From Actinomycetes bacterium (GTDB lineage Bacteria; Actinomycetota; Acidimicrobiia; Acidimicrobiales; Palsa-688): DNA of 64,000 bases. Under the pieces are notes generated by a model. That model saw only the letters and a list, made by a program, of their open reading frames with translations. It did not search any database and was not told where the DNA came from. The stretch covers positions 5,365-69,364 of the forward strand of contig JAJYMB010000054.1 of the NCBI GenBank assembly GCA_021787365.1, read 5' to 3'. The position numbers and the translations under genes are program-made. This document shows positions 28,256 through 36,800 of the stretch, piece after piece. Each line of letters opens with the position of its first letter. Position 1 is the first letter of the stretch.

Positions 28256-28809
28256 TACGCACTATGAGCGCAACCGAACGGGACAAGCCGGCGGAGGCCG
28301 CGGGTAGCGGGGCGCTTGCGCCCATCCCCTCCCCGAGCCACAGGCTCAGCACCAGGTCGACTGCGTCTACACGAGCCGCAGGCTCCTCGACGCAATTGCG
28401 GGCCAAACTGAGTTACAGCCCCACACTTTCTAGGCCCTGAGACTGCCGGCCAGGTTGACCGTCGTGTAAGACGTGGCAAACGGGTGCCCGAGAGCCTCGA
28501 CGTACGGACCCTTCAGGGGAACGAGGCCGTCCTCAGCGGGCACGGGTTGAGCCCGAAGGGGCCCCTTGTTCGCTCCTTCCTGGTAGGTGAGCTAACGCGT
28601 TCGGGCAACGTCATCTCGTTTGCGACTGAAGTCGAGATGGCTCTCTCGCAAGGACTCCAAAGCGGGGTGGTCAACCAAAGCACCCAGCCCATGTACCGCG
28701 CTGACAGCCGCAACCGAGATGACGGCGACTGCAGGGCCTCCGTACGCGCCGCGCCAGCTGCTCGTGCGGTCGTCCAAAATGACGAGGTCGCGGGCGAGGT
28801 CGACCCGTG

Positions 28810-29178
28810 TCACTGTACGCCACCGACGCTGGCCCACCAGTTCGAGATGAGCCGGCCGCCGTCAGCCGCCAGTCGAGTCACAAGGCGGTGGGAGGTCAAG
28901 AGAGTCTGGCACCAGCCCCAGTCCCGCCAAACCGGCGAGACGAAACGTGTGCGGCCGAGGTTGTCGACCAGCTCGGTCGGCTGGCCCAGGGCCCAATAAC
29001 GCGCCCATACCTCTCGGTACAGGATCTCGCCCGGTCCGAGGCTCACCCCGGTCCCGTACGAGCTGAGCGGCCTCGCCCGGCCGTAGTAGAGGTCGAGGGC
29101 GAGTTCGCGGCTGCTCTGCTGGGCCCAGGCCCGCATGCCTCGCTCCCATCGTTTGTAGCGTCGAGCGGCTCGGCTCAT
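28810..29178 (-). CDS. hypothetical Trp-rich protein translationally coupled to the relaxase (probably frameshifted)
   Basis: ATG 29178 overlaps the relaxase stop (ATGA) and is preceded by GGAGGTGGAG. The reading appears to continue in another frame (track ORF 28592..28837). Confidence 0.45.
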   Translation of the reverse strand: MSRAARRYKRWERGMRAWAQQSSRELALDLYYGRARPLSSYGTGVSLGPGEILYREVWARYWALGQPTELVDNLGRTRFVSPVWRDWGWCQTLLTSHRLVTRLAADGGRLISNWWASVGGVQ

Positions 29179-32100
29179 AGCTCCACCTCCGGTCCGATGT
29201 CGTGGCTCGGGGCACCTGGTAACGGTGCGATCGGTTGAGGCACCAGCCCGGCCAGGCGGGCAGCTTCCTGGCCGGCGCGTCGTGCCCGGGCGCGGTGCGC
29301 CGCCTGCCGGAGCGAGCCGACATTGGTATCGTCGCCGAGGATGCTGGCGCTGGTGATGTGCCACCGGTCGCGGTAGGCCGCGACGACAGCGAGACCGTCC
29401 CACCAACCGTTCGCAACAGTGGGGTTGGTTGGTGGCGGGCCGAAGGGCCTGGCCCAAGTCGCACCGCCCCGCACTGCTTGCTCGGCGAGGTCGTGGGCGC
29501 GCCTCTCCATGGCCTGCTCACGCTCGCGGATGGCCTTGGCGAGGTCCTCGTCGTCAATACCTGTAGCGCGGGGGACCAGGCCGGCAACGAGGTCCTGCCG
29601 CGGCTCCCAACGGCCACCGGTCGCTTGCTCCCAGCGACGGAGGCGGGCACGGAGCACAGCGGCCAGGTCCTGGTCGGGCCCGATCGGCAAAGTTGCGATC
29701 TGGAAGAGGGCAGCTTTGGCGTCGAGGCCTCTGTCCTCCGCGTCGCGTAGCGCGCCGAGCAGGCCCGCCCACTCAAGCGATTGGCGAGCGCTGACGAGGA
29801 GCCCGTCGGGGAAGCCGGCCTCACCGAGCATGGCCTCGAAGCGCTCGGCCATGGCCACGGCGACGAGGCTCTGGTTCTCCTTCACGAGCTGCTCGAAACT
29901 GTCCGCCTTTTCCCACTCCGAGGCCATCGTCTCGTGGGCAGAGACATCAGCACCCCAGCGGGAGGCGACGGCGACGAGCACCTCGCGTGCGGCGAGGCGT
30001 CCGGCCGGGGCTTCGGCCATGTCGGCGTTGGCGGGCTCTGGCTCGACGTCTACGTAGGGCCGGTTGGACTCCTTCCCTCTGGTGGCTGCCACGTAAAGGG
30101 CCTCCCGGGTCATGCCGAGCCCGACGATGGCGTGGGCGGTGGCCACGGTCCGGCCTTGGGCCGACCAGACACTGGTGGCATAGGCGAGCTCGACGTGCTC
30201 CGACACGTAGGCGGCAGGCAATACGGCCTCGCCACCCCTGTCCAGTGCGCGCACGGTCATGCTCCCATCCTCGCGGGTGGCCGTGACGACGAAGCGGTCC
30301 CGGTTCCGCACCCACTCACCGCTTGAGAGGCGGAGGTGGCGGTCGTTGCGACGCGCTACCACCACATCACCGGTACCCGCGACGGAGCAGTCAGCGAGAG
30401 CAAGCCCTTCGGTGGCGACCTGTCCGGTAGCCACCCGGTCAGCCCGGGCCAGGCGGTTCAGCTCCCTCACCGTCTCGTTGTCGTGGGCAACCATGAGCGA
30501 CGACTTCCCAGCCTCGACATCGGCCTTCCAGGCCTCATAGCAAGCAACGAGCACCTCCGCCCTGTCGCCAGCGGAGACCCGCCCGTAGCCGATGTAGGCG
30601 TAGACGCCACGGGGGGAGCCGGCCCGCAGCTGGGCGCTGGCGGCCCGTTCCCACTCCTCGGCGAACCGGCGAGCCTCGACGAGCTCGGCCGGGGCCACCC
30701 GGTCGCCGACGAGCATCCCGAAGGCGCCACCAGCACCCACGGCGCCGAGCTGGGCCGGGTCACCGACGAGCTGGACCTTGGCCCCGGCATCGCGCGCCTG
30801 GGATACCAGGCGGTCGAGGGCGAAGGTGCCGGCAAGGCTCGCCTCGTCAACGAGCAAGAGGTCACCAGGGGCGAACTGCCAACGCCGGGCCTCGGCCTCG
30901 AGCTCTGCGGCACGCCGTTCGACCGAGCGGGCGGCTGGCGGGGGGAGCTGGGCGGCGAGGGCACGCAGCCGGGCGGCCTCGGCCAAGCGCTCTGGCTCCC
31001 GGTCTACTTCGCTCAGCCACTTGGCGGTGTTCTCGGTCGGGATGCCGAGCTCCTCGGAGAGGTGGGCGGCGGCCGAGGCAGAGGGGGCGAGGCCTCTCAC
31101 GCTGCCGAGCCCGTGCTCGGCCTCCCAGGCCGCGAGCAGCCCCGAGAGCGCCACCGTCTTGCCCGTACCGGCCGGGCCCACGAGGACATCACAGACTCGT
31201 CCCGAGGTCGCGACCTGCTCGACGGCGACCGCTTGGTCCTGGCCCATCTCGAGAGCCCGGCCCGGCGGCGGGCGGTCACATACCCGGGCCACTGTCCCGT
31301 AGCTCACTCCCGGCCCGGAGGTGTCCCGGCCGGCGTCTAGGAGGCGGGCTTCTGCCTCCAAGAGCTCGGCCGTCGTGTACTGCCAGGAGGTCGCCGGGGC
31401 GAACTGGCTCGTGCCGTCGGGGGCCCGGAAGCGCTCGGGGACATGGGAAAGCTCGGGCGGGGAGAGCTTCACGGCCATGGAAAGGGCGAGGACGGCGGCA
31501 CGCTCGGAGACCTTGGCCCGCTCCCCTGGGGCGAAGAGCACCCCGTGCAGCTGGCGTTCAACATCCGCGTAGATATTGGCCTGGGTGAACACCGAACTTC
31601 TCTCGGAACGGGCGAGCAGGGCGGCCCGGGCCAAGTCCCTGAGCATGGCGTCGGTCAGGTCGTCGGAGCGGAGCGCCGGCAGGTCACTTCGCCCGGCGAG
31701 GCTCGCCACCCAAGAGGTGGGCTCTTCCCCGACCCAGGGCTTGGCCCGCTCCACCCAGTCCGCGGTCATCTCCGACAGCGGGCGGTGCGCCTTCTTCGGC
31801 CGAGTCTCCCGCCAGGCGGCGCGGTGGAGGACGCCGAGCTCGTTGTTCGTGAGCGGGCGCCCGCGAACGGCTTCGGCCTCGGAGGCCTTCTCGGCGATCA
31901 GTTCCTCGATGGCCCTGGTCCGCCGGGAGAACTCGGCCACCAGGTCGGGTGGTACTCCGTCAATTTCCCGCTTGGCCACCCGGCCGGCGATGGCGCTCGT
32001 CTCCTTCCAGGCGACGCCGAAGCGCTCGGTCATCAAGTCCTCGACGATGCCGGTGTGGCGTTCGGAGAGCGCCACCACCCAGGGGTGGAGGGCCTTGCTG

Positions 32101-32414
32101 TCGAGCGTCCGCCAGGCCCCGTCGGAGGCTGCCTGGGCACGGTTGAGGACGACGACATGATGGTGCAGCTGGGGGTCCCCCAGCCTTGACTCGAAGTGCA
32201 GCCAGGCCGAGCCCACGATCCCTCTCACGGCTTCCTGGCGCGCGCCCTGGGCACCGGTGCGGGTCCTGAAGACGTGGCCCTCGGCCCAGGAGACGACCTC
32301 GGAAGCCGCTTTTGCGAGGACTTCCTCGATGGCGGCCCTGGTCGCCTCGTCACCCATCGCCCACATGAGCGAGACGGATTTTGGCGGGCTGAAGGTCATG
32401 TCGAACCCGGCCAC
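29175..32414 (-). CDS. MobF/TrwC-family conjugative relaxase fused to RecD/TraA-like helicase (5' end disrupted)
   Basis: FDMTFSPPKSVS, histidine motif QLHHHVVVLN, Walker A GPAGTGKT, LLLVDEASL, VGDPAQLGAVGAGG and SVWSAQGRTV. The expected N-terminal ~85 aa lie upstream in other frames (32398-32672). Confidence 0.85.
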   Translation of the reverse strand: MAGFDMTFSPPKSVSLMWAMGDEATRAAIEEVLAKAASEVVSWAEGHVFRTRTGAQGARQEAVRGIVGSAWLHFESRLGDPQLHHHVVVLNRAQAASDGAWRTLDSKALHPWVVALSERHTGIVEDLMTERFGVAWKETSAIAGRVAKREIDGVPPDLVAEFSRRTRAIEELIAEKASEAEAVRGRPLTNNELGVLHRAAWRETRPKKAHRPLSEMTADWVERAKPWVGEEPTSWVASLAGRSDLPALRSDDLTDAMLRDLARAALLARSERSSVFTQANIYADVERQLHGVLFAPGERAKVSERAAVLALSMAVKLSPPELSHVPERFRAPDGTSQFAPATSWQYTTAELLEAEARLLDAGRDTSGPGVSYGTVARVCDRPPPGRALEMGQDQAVAVEQVATSGRVCDVLVGPAGTGKTVALSGLLAAWEAEHGLGSVRGLAPSASAAAHLSEELGIPTENTAKWLSEVDREPERLAEAARLRALAAQLPPPAARSVERRAAELEAEARRWQFAPGDLLLVDEASLAGTFALDRLVSQARDAGAKVQLVGDPAQLGAVGAGGAFGMLVGDRVAPAELVEARRFAEEWERAASAQLRAGSPRGVYAYIGYGRVSAGDRAEVLVACYEAWKADVEAGKSSLMVAHDNETVRELNRLARADRVATGQVATEGLALADCSVAGTGDVVVARRNDRHLRLSSGEWVRNRDRFVVTATREDGSMTVRALDRGGEAVLPAAYVSEHVELAYATSVWSAQGRTVATAHAIVGLGMTREALYVAATRGKESNRPYVDVEPEPANADMAEAPAGRLAAREVLVAVASRWGADVSAHETMASEWEKADSFEQLVKENQSLVAVAMAERFEAMLGEAGFPDGLLVSARQSLEWAGLLGALRDAEDRGLDAKAALFQIATLPIGPDQDLAAVLRARLRRWEQATGGRWEPRQDLVAGLVPRATGIDDEDLAKAIREREQAMERRAHDLAEQAVRGGATWARPFGPPPTNPTVANGWWDGLAVVAAYRDRWHITSASILGDDTNVGSLRQAAHRARARRAGQEAARLAGLVPQPIAPLPGAPSHDIGPEVEL

Positions 32415-33032
32415 CGGGGCCTCTTGCCGATCGCGGGGAGACGGCCGAGCGGCTTGCCGGTGACCGGGTCGGCGAGCTGGGCGAGCATGCGGTGAAACAT
32501 CTCTGGCGAGACCACGTCGCCCTCTTTCACCGAGCCCTGCGAAGGCCCGAGGCCGTCCAGGCCACGGCCGAGGAACCGGCCGGGTGGGGTGCCCTCGGAT
32601 GCGTAGTAGCGAGCCGCGTCAGCACGCCCAGGCGTTCCCGCCCATCTTCAGCGGCCTCCCCATCGTGAGCACCGAAGCTCTCCACCCCAAAGCGCTGCCG
32701 GCCCGCCTCTCGGGCCTCCCACCTGTGGGGGCGGAGGTGGCGATGTCCTTGTCCGCCCAGGTCACGCCCTTATGCCAGGCCCGCCCTGCTTTCGCACTGC
32801 CTCCCGACGACCCGGCTCCGCCGGGGCGCCGGCACCAGTGCCAGACGTCCACCAGAAGGGTGAACAGGAACGCGGAAAAAGGTTGGGCAGCGCTGGATGA
32901 CGGGTGCCGAAGTGCACTGGGACACGACGCCCGGGCCTGGACACCGCAGGCTTGGCCGCCTCGTCAAATGCGAGCCTCTCGACGGAGTACCACCTGACTT
33001 GGTGGCGAGCGGGAGGCTGGCACAGTGGGGAC

Positions 33033-34016
33033 GTGCGCACGGTGCTGGTCGCCACGGGAAGCACGATCGCCTGGCACAGCAAAGAGCGCCGCATGCTCGG
33101 TGCTGGCGAACTGTTGGAACTTGCGGGCGAGGTAGTAGACGACGCGGTGGACCTCGTGGCCGTTCCCTCCTGGGACCTGTCGGTGGACGACATGGCCGCC
33201 ATTTCTGCGCGTGTACGTGGACAGGTAGCGGATGGCGGGGAGGCAGTGGTTGTCACCCACGGCACCGACACAATGGAGGAGACGGCCTGGATGACAGAGC
33301 TCATGCTCGGCGCCGAGCTGCGACGAAGGGCGGCGGTGCTCTTCACCGGCGCCATGCACTTCGTCGACCACCCAGCAAAGGACGGCGCTTCCAACCTGTT
33401 CTTCGCTGCGCTCGGCACGACAGAGCGGCACCGCCGGCCTCGGCGTGCAAGTTGCATGGCGCGGGACGCTCCACCCCGCCCGCTCGGTCCGCAAAGTCGA
33501 CGCAGCGGCCGACGACCCCTTCGCAAACGCGGGCCAGTTGCACCTTGGCGGCTCCCCGCCAGAGCCCGGGCCTGTCGTCGAGACAGGCGTCAGGTTGCTG
33601 AAGGTCGGCCCGCTACCGCGTCCCGAGATTCCCGGGGACTTGGCGGGCCTCGTCTTGGAGGGGACCGGTGCCGCCCACGTCCCGAGCTGCTACCACCGCG
33701 TCATCGAGGAGCTCGTTGCAAGTGGCGTCCCGTCGTCTTGGCCAGCCGTTGCCGCGACATCGAGCGCTACGAGGAAAGCCAAGCTGGCGCGCTCCACGCC
33801 GGCGACCTAACAGCAGAGAAGGCGGCTATCGCCCTCATGGTGGGCCTCGGCCGCCACCGTGATCTCGCAAAGCTGCGGGCTTGGGCACAGCTCCTCGTCG
33901 CAGGGCGCCCAGCCGCTGAAACGACACCGCGGCGAGCCGAGGACGCCAGCGTCCCCACTCCCCACCTCCAAAACCTGGGTGACAGGCCAGCAAGTGAGCG
34001 GACCGACTGCCCTTAG
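33033..34016 (+). pseudogene. L-asparaginase, interrupted by two frameshifts
   Basis: Frame 0 carries VLVATGSTIAW, VVTHGTDTMEETA and LFTGAM..DGASNL. The middle part (GLGVQVAW..HPARSVRKVD..LVLEGTGAAHVP..ASGVP) is in frame +1 (track ORF 33445..33810). The tail VVLASRC..AGDLTAEKAAIALMVGLG returns to frame 0. Confidence 0.7.
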
Positions 34017-34473
34017 AGCGGCCTCCGGGGGTGACAATGAGCGTCACCTCTGGCACCAAGGCCTTCCAGCGTGGCCGGGTCTCACCCTCTTGCCCCGGCT
34101 CTTCGGTCGGTCATCGCCCCGGGGGCCAGGCCCGATTCTAGGCCCGGCGGCCGAGGCCAGCAAGGGGGCGGGCGTCGACGGAGGGGGGCCTACGAGCGAC
34201 AGCACAAGACGGCCACGACCGAGACAACCAGGGGGGCCAGCCAGCCGTTACGGAGCACCACGTCGGCCCCGACAGGTGGGAGGCCCTCACAGGCCACGGT
34301 TTCCGGAGAGCTGCGCGTCCACACGGCACGTCGCTAAAGAACTCCTTCCCGGTGCCCGGTTCCGGGTCCGGATCTACTGGGGCTACATGCTCGTTTGGGC
34401 GAAGCCACGCCCACTGCCGCCCGAGGGACCACAACGGCGCGGAGCAACCGGCGGCGGCCGCGACGTGCGTTTG

Positions 34474-35574
34474 TCAGGTGGAGCCGAAAAAGCGCTTCCC
34501 GAGGCGCTCGGCCGCAGCTCGGTCGGCTTCAGTGGTCGCCAGTGCGTAAACCGCGAGGGTCAGCCGTGGGTCGCTGTGGCCCAAACGGGCCTGCGCGGTC
34601 TTCACGTCCACGCCGTCGTGAACCAGTGCGGTTGCGTTTGCCCGACGCAGGTCGTGGAAGCTGGCGCTGGCGAACCCCGCCGCCTCTACAGCCGGCAACC
34701 AGACCCGGAGCCGCCAGTGGGCGTAGTCAAGCGGCGATCCTGTACCGGTCGTGAAGACGAGCCGGCCCGCGTCGGCTCCGGTCAGGCCTGCTACCGCCAG
34801 GTGCGCCGCCAACATGTCGGTGAGAGCCTTGGGAAGCGAGAGCACCCGCCGGCCCGAAGCCGACTTCGGCGGCCCGAGCTGGCGGTCGCGGCCCAGCTGA
34901 GAGCTGACGTTCAGCGTCCCTCTGAGAAGGTCGAACGACCCGACCGTGAGGCCGGCGACCTCCCCCCAGCGCAGGCCCAGGACAGCCCCCAGCCAGACCA
35001 TCGGGCGGTAGATCGGGTCGAGCGCGCCGGCGATCGAGGCCACGTCATCAGGGGTAAGCACAGGGCGCCGCAACGGCTCGACGCGAGGCAGGTCGATCCC
35101 CCGGCAAGGCGAGCGGACGAGCCAGTCGGAGGCGACGGCATAGGCGAAGAGCGCTCGGACGACGTCGTACTGCCGCCGCGCCGTTCGTGCGGCCTTCGCC
35201 TTCGCCCACCCGTTGACCAGCTTCTGGACCTCGGGCGGTGTGACCTCCCCGATCCGTGCAGTGCCAAGAGAAGGCAGGACGTGGAGCCGCAGGACAACCT
35301 CGTCGCGGCTCACTGAGCTGGCCCGCTTCGAAGGGTCGTGCTCAAGCCAGCGTCGGGCCAGCTCGGCGACGGTCATCTGAGTGGCGGCGGGGTCGACCCA
35401 CGAGCCGCGGTGGATGTCGGTCTCCACGCTAGCGAGCCAGGCCAGCGCGTCGGCCTTGGTTAAGTAGGTCACGGGCGCGCTGTGTTCAGCGCCGGCGTGC
35501 CAGTAGCGGGCTTGGTAACGGCCTGAGGGCAACTTGCGGACGCTGCCGAAGTGGTTTCGGCGCCTCTGTGGCAC
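34474..35574 (-). CDS. tyrosine-type site-specific integrase
   Basis: Start reassigned to GTG 35574 (MPQRRRNHFGSVRKLPSGRYQARY, a typical actinobacterial integrase start). Catalytic pattern LRWGEV, HDLRRANAT, LGHSDPRLTLAVYA. The rest of track ORF 34474..36225 runs through the tRNA gene. Confidence 0.85.
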   Translation of the reverse strand: MPQRRRNHFGSVRKLPSGRYQARYWHAGAEHSAPVTYLTKADALAWLASVETDIHRGSWVDPAATQMTVAELARRWLEHDPSKRASSVSRDEVVLRLHVLPSLGTARIGEVTPPEVQKLVNGWAKAKAARTARRQYDVVRALFAYAVASDWLVRSPCRGIDLPRVEPLRRPVLTPDDVASIAGALDPIYRPMVWLGAVLGLRWGEVAGLTVGSFDLLRGTLNVSSQLGRDRQLGPPKSASGRRVLSLPKALTDMLAAHLAVAGLTGADAGRLVFTTGTGSPLDYAHWRLRVWLPAVEAAGFASASFHDLRRANATALVHDGVDVKTAQARLGHSDPRLTLAVYALATTEADRAAAERLGKRFFGST

Positions 35575-35675
35575 GGGCCATATCTTACCGGACCTTATGG
35601 CACGAATCTGGCACGCCCAACCCCCTCCCGATCCTCGAAGAACCCGGTAACCCCCTCTGACGTGCCCTTTCCTTG

Positions 35676-35750
35676 TCGGGAAGGCGGGATTTGAACCCGC
35701 GGCCTCAGCGTCCCGAACGCTGCGCGCTAACCAAGCTGCGCTACTTCCCG
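35676..35750 (-). tRNA. tRNA-Pro (anticodon CGG)
   Basis: 75-nt cloverleaf read by hand: acceptor CGGGAAG/CTTCCCG, D arm GCGC/GCGC, anticodon stem CAGCG/CGCTG with loop TTCGGGA, T arm GCGGG-TTCAAAT-CCCGC, discriminator A. CCA is not encoded. Confidence 0.9.
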
Positions 35751-35888
35751 TACCGTCCTCATCGTACTCCTTCGGGAGCACACCGTCCCGGTGTCCCGAT
35801 AGAGAAAGCACCTGCCAAGGGAGCCGACTGAGCTGTTGCGCGCCCGCACGCCCTGTCCCCGCCCCGCAATTAGGCGGAGCGCCGGCGG

Positions 35889-36311
35889 CTACGCCGGCAT
35901 GAGCCCCACCGGCGAGGGGGCCAAGGTGGCGTCCTCGTAGCGCTGCCCGGCCAGCAGGGCCTGTACCGCCGCCCTGGTGCGGAGGGGGTCCAGAGGCTTT
36001 ATGAGCCAGCCGGCCACGCCTACGCGCCGGGCCAGGAAGACGTCGGCCCGCCGGTCGAGCAGGAGCAGCACCGGGACCGGGTCGAGGCGGCCGGCGCCGG
36101 CCTCCAACGCGATGTCCATGGCCACTGCATAACCGCCCATCGAACCCACTTGGAGGTCGCTCACGACGAGGTCGGCGGGCACCTCCTGCAGGGCGGGGAT
36201 GGCTGCTGCCCCTGCCCGCACCCACCGCACATTCGTCCCTGGCTCCTCGACGACAGCCGTGACCTCGTCATACACGCGGGGCGAGTCGGTCACGATCAAC
36301 AGGTCAGCCAC
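35889..36311 (-). CDS. single-domain response regulator (receiver domain only)
   Basis: 140 aa with LLIVTD, acceptor-site VVSDLQVGSMGG and conserved Lys in WLIKPLD. No output domain. Confidence 0.75.
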   Translation of the reverse strand: MADLLIVTDSPRVYDEVTAVVEEPGTNVRWVRAGAAAIPALQEVPADLVVSDLQVGSMGGYAVAMDIALEAGAGRLDPVPVLLLLDRRADVFLARRVGVAGWLIKPLDPLRTRAAVQALLAGQRYEDATLAPSPVGLMPA

Positions 36312-36420
36312 GATGTGAGGTTACCTCGGTGGCCAACTCGGTAGCATCTTGGCCATGCATCCGCCCGCCCGGGCGGGAAGGCCGCGCACCGCGAGCGGTC
36401 CGCTTTTGACTGGAGGTGGC

Positions 36421-36792
36421 GTGCTCAAGATCGAGACGGAACACACTGACGACGGCTTCACCATCTGTCGCCCGATCGGTGAGCTAGACGCCTTCACGGT
36501 CAGCCAGTTCCGCCAAGCCCTAGCGGAGCTGGCCTCCCAACCACGCCTGGTGATCGACATGAGCGCCGTCCCCTTCGTGGACTCTGCCGGCCTTGGAGCG
36601 CTGATCGGCGGCATTCGCCGGGCGCGCGAACTCGGCGGCGACGTCGTGGTCGTCGTCAACCGGCCCGGTCTCGTGAGGACGCTCAAGACGACCGGCTTCG
36701 ACAGGATCGTGGCCATGACCGAAACCCTCGACGCGGCCAAGGAAGCCTTCGAAAAGCCCGCCGAGGACGGGGGCACGCCGCCAGAGGCCTGA
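36421..36792 (+). CDS. STAS domain protein / anti-sigma factor antagonist (SpoIIAA-like)
   Basis: Start set to GTG 36421, 3 nt downstream of the end of GGAGGTG. GELDAFTVSQFRQAL, FVDSAGLGALIG (phosphorylatable Ser context) and TGFDRI. The track start TTG 36349 is possible. Confidence 0.75.
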   Translation: MLKIETEHTDDGFTICRPIGELDAFTVSQFRQALAELASQPRLVIDMSAVPFVDSAGLGALIGGIRRARELGGDVVVVVNRPGLVRTLKTTGFDRIVAMTETLDAAKEAFEKPAEDGGTPPEA

Positions 36793-36800
36793 CGGGCCGG

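Larger units (their letters stand above)
27856..35675. mobile_element. remnant integrated element (integrase + MobF relaxase) adjacent to tRNA-Pro; left boundary approximate
   Basis: The integrase lies ~100 nt from the tRNA 3' end. A relaxase-helicase is present, frame disruptions cluster here, and GC content is visibly lower at 27.86-28.15 kb. No attL/attR direct repeat could be identified by eye. Confidence 0.45.

Noticed and set aside
28294-28305. 12-nt match (GAGGCCGCGGGT) to the T-arm region of tRNA-Pro
   Set aside because: It is in inverted orientation relative to the tRNA gene, the match ends abruptly, and several such 12-mers are expected by chance at this GC content. It is not an att site.
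33859-35316. 485-aa plus-strand ORF antisense to the integrase
   Set aside because: It has no motifs and an Arg/Pro-rich composition, while the integrase on the opposite strand carries clear catalytic signatures.
35575-36225. N-terminal 217 aa of the 583-aa track ORF 34474..36225
   Set aside because: This portion reads straight through the tRNA-Pro gene and part of the receiver gene region and is Arg/Pro/Gly-rich with no motifs. The integrase homology begins at GTG 35574.
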